A DNA stretch of 64,000 nucleotides from Lophium mytilinum (Eukaryota): contig MU004188.1 in the NCBI GenBank assembly GCA_010093605.1, positions 1,119,673 through 1,183,672 on the forward strand, in the 5' to 3' direction. Shown here one piece after another: positions 60,797 through 64,000 of the stretch. Numbering within the stretch: the first letter of the stretch is position 1; the number at the start of each line of letters is the position of its first letter. A program made the position numbers and the translations under genes. Below the pieces are notes generated by a model. That model searched no databases and was not told the DNA's origin. It saw only the letters and a program-made list of their open reading frames with translations.

Positions 60797-61325
60797 GGTA
60801 CTCGTACAGCCAAATCTGCGGTTTCACTTTTCATCGCCTGCGTCAGGAGTGAAAAGCCAAGATTCCGACGTAGGAGGACTACCCAAAACTGAAATACGCA
60901 ATTTTGGTCCAATTGCGCCCAAAATCGAACGACACTATAAAGGGGTGCCCATAAACATTTGCTGAACGTTTGGTACTTATGCCTTCAAATTCGCGCTTTC
61001 ACTTTTCACCGCCTGCGTCAGGAGTGAAAAGCCAAGATTCCGACGCATGAGGACTACCCAAAACCTGAATACGCAATTCTAGTCCAATGGCTCCCAAACT
61101 TGAACGAGACTATGAATGACTATCTAGAAATATCTGCTGAACGTTTGGTAGTCATACCTCTAAATCTGCGATGTCACTTTTTGTCGCCTGCGTCAGGGGT
61201 GAATCGCCAAGATTCCGACGCAGGAGGACTACCCAAAGCTGAAAACCGCAATTTGGTCGGATTGCGCCCAAAATTGGTCGAGAAAATTGGAGGGGTGCTT
61301 CAAAGCATTTGCTGAGCGCTTGGTA
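60797..61325. repeat. Three tandem copies of a 175-bp unit with a highly conserved ~68-bp hairpin-containing core
   Basis: GCCTGCGTCAGG starts at 60836, 61011 and 61186 (exact 175-bp period); cores 1 and 2 differ at 4 of 68 positions. Confidence 0.95.
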
Positions 61326-61870
61326 GGAACGTATTCAGGCTTTAATTATCAAAGTTACCTCGTGGTGTGAAATCGGGGTGGTTCGTGCGCACTGGCTTGT
61401 CGTTGCTTGTGGTGGCTTAACGGGCTTTCAAAATCCTATGCGAAATGGATAATTTGAAGCCGCGGAGGTTGAGCAGGTTGAGAGAGTCTCTTGGGTGGCA
61501 TGCTATCTGAAAGTGCTGCTCTGATAGTGCTCGTGTGTCCAGGATAGTAGGTGATGCTGTAGCTTTCTCTCATGGTCACAAGACCGCGGTCTAACTACAG
61601 CACCTCCACATGACCCCACTGAATTCTTTGGTTGTCCTAATAGTGGAATCGTTCATTCTACTTTGTAGCAGAAGTCTCATGGTGACACAGTGCAAACAAC
61701 GAGAACTTTTTCGCTCACCCTACGAACTGAGGATGATGATAGATGTATGTGACAGACCAGTACCTTCATCCATCTCCCCAATCTCCCAATGACTTGCGGT
61801 AGTGAGGTGAGACCCAAAACGCCATTCAATGCATTTCCTAAACTCGTTCCAACATCAACCACCAAACCGA

Positions 61871-64000
61871 CTACACAATGCCAACGCCAAACCGTCTCAA
61901 CGTCTGCTTAGCCGTTGTAACCTTCATGCCAATCCTATAATCGAGTTAGACTACCTATATCCTCGCGAACAACCCTAGGAGAAGAGCTAAAACATACCTC
62001 GCATCCAAATCAAACCCACCCCAATTGACCACATCCTCCAACCACTTCGCACACTCCGTCAACTCCTCCTTCTTCAGCGCTGGATCCTGCCCACCCAGCT
62101 CCACATCGCGCCACAAGCACGCCGCCATCTCATAATGCGCGCACGGCGCCGTCCAATTATCCTTATTCCCGCCCTTGAAAACCGCACGGTCATGGCTCAA
62201 CACCTCGGCCTTCAACACCTCCCTCGCCTTATCAGTCTGATCAAGCGCACGATACGTTGCCGCTCTCAGCAACGCAAGGATGGCCTTCTCATCCCTCCCT
62301 TCTTTGTCCCAGAAGGTGTTCTCGCTGCTTTCCGACCACGCTAGACGCTGCATACTGACCTCTAGGTGTTCGGGGCGCATACGCTTGTAGCCGTTCCAGA
62401 AGTAGATCATTTCTTCTAGTGGGGAGACGCCGATGGCGTCGATGAGGTCGCAGTTCCATTCCGCGGCGCGCTGTTCCCATTTCTGGATCTTGCGGTTGAC
62501 AAAGGTGTCGAAGGGGAGTTGGCGGGCCATGAAGCGCTTTTTGCCTGTGTTCTTCGTGACGAGGGCGAGGAAATCGCGCGCGAGGGTTGCTTGGCGTTTC
62601 TGTGGAAGTTAGATGACAGTATTTGAGGGAGGGGAAAGGTATGCCTACAGCCTCTTCAGGGTTTGTGGATTTGTTGAGTCGATAAAGTTCAACGTGCGCG
62701 GCGCCGCAGATGTAGTAATATAGACCATGAGACCAGTTGTTCAGCTCGACGCACTGTCAATTGTTAACATTGTATCATTGGACGAGGATCGTAGAAAGTG
62801 AGGTATACTTTTTGAAATGCTTTTGAGCAATCCTCATAACCATGCAGGTACATAGTGTTCAGACTCCTCTCAAACCACTGCAACGCCTCAAGCTGCTTTA
62901 GCGGACTCTCGCCACATTTGGCTTGATATTCTACTGCGTCTTCGAGCCGCTTCTCAGTCGCCATCATGCGTGCCTCTTCAATCAGCCAAAGATGGCTTTT
63001 GGGGTATTGCACCCGCATCTCAGCCAGCAGCGCCTTACACTTCGGTCTCGGGTAGCTTCCCTCGCCACTTTGAGGGATGATGTCACAGAAGCCATTCAGG
63101 CCGTTGTAGTATCCGAATAGAACCAGTCCAGCCATAGCACCATTGATGTTGTTGAATTTGGACGCTTGCCACAGCATTTGAATCCCGCGCTCGCGGTCAC
63201 CCTTGAAGCCAACGATCTTGAGGAGCATGGCGAACGCAGGGGGGACGAGTGAAATTATGAGCATAAGGACGCCGAAGCAGAAGTTGGAAGCGGAGACGAT
63301 GAACGTGTCTACAGGATGCGTGCCAAAGGCTGTGATGTCTTGTGTTTCCTTGATAGTGTCTTGGAGAGTCAATTTCTCGAAGTCATCGCTGGCTGACGAA
63401 GGGCTGTAAGGTGGTGCATCAGAGGTGGCGCTAGAGGACTGGTATGGACTCTTCGATGAAGTGTCGATTTCTATGGTTTTCCCGTCCGCTGTTTCTACAG
63501 CGAGATGCCCAATATACTCTTTTGGCGTCGGAAGATCGGGGTGAGCTTCATCAGCGTCGACAAACTCGTCGTCGCCTTCGATAGCCGTCAACTTTTCTTT
63601 CTCAGGCTCCTTTGAAAGGTTGGAATATATAGTAGTGGAGGACAAACGCGGATTCGCGCTGGGAACAGCTGACGTCCTTGTCTTTCCCGTCTCTGTCTTA
63701 CTTGTTGAAAGCCTCGGCGAGGGCATACTGCTCGTCGTACTCCCGGTGGTAGTGGTATCAACACTACTCGTACTTCTATCGTTGATGTACCTCCTTTCGG
63801 CCGCCATGACCCCCTCTAGCGTCAGATATGCCTTTCTTAGCTTATAAAAGCCTTTTATGCTCTCTGTCAAACTTTCATTCAGCACACCAACGACTGCGCT
63901 CATCAATTGGGCTTGTGCAAGACAAACGGCGTATTCGGCTCCAGGCGGATATATGGGCGAGCGGTACGTGTGTGGCTCTCGATGAGCCTTTCGCTGGTGC
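61871..64000 (-). CDS. IML2: IML2/YKR018C (TTC39-family) inclusion-body clearance protein, 5' end outside window; exons >64000-62809, 62753-62649, 62599-61998, 61934-61871
   Basis: IYPPGAEY, LNESLTESIKGFYKLRKAY, LLKIVGFKGDRERG, NNWSHGLYYY, KKRFMARQLPFD, VSPLEEMIYFWNG, AHYEMA, LDAR|IGMKVTTA. Confidence 0.92.

Noticed and set aside
60797..61325. CRISPR-like array (conserved hairpin plus variable spacer)
   Set aside because: Eukaryotic context, no cas genes, units too long, and the 'spacers' are homologous to each other.

Overview
Gene-dense eukaryotic DNA from a filamentous ascomycete (Pezizomycotina; Dothideomycete-like is my inference). It has short GT-AG introns with CT(A/G)AC branch points and no prokaryotic features or CRISPR. 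I can support 20 protein-coding genes, spliced by hand: THR4, a LYC1-like GNAT acetyltransferase, an RBR E3 ligase, an MFS monocarboxylate-type transporter, a 2415-aa intronless multi-PAM2/coiled-coil protein, TRL1, a Zn2Cys6 factor divergent to an RTA1 gene, SLD3, a stomatin-like protein, a PRISE-like SDR, a Zn alcohol dehydrogenase, two F-box genes, ethanolamine kinase, CTF1-beta/FarB, a GH5 beta-mannanase-like enzyme, a peroxisomal (SKL) acyl-CoA dehydrogenase and IML2 (5' end outside the window). There is also an ankyrin pseudogene and two decayed tRNA-like relics. The strongest leads are: (1) a ~10.25-kb accessory block (36146-46398) bracketed by two inverted, RIP-diverged copies of a small TIR element with an imperfect 10-bp flanking direct repeat, i.e. 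a possible cargo-carrying composite/Pack-MULE-like element; (2) an intergenic 3x175-bp tandem repeat with a conserved, alternatively foldable hairpin core; (3) an Upa2-like multi-PAM2 scaffold; (4) clear CLR-1/XlnR and FarA/FarB motifs in two promoters. All assignments come from reading the sequence and recalled motif knowledge; no database search was run.
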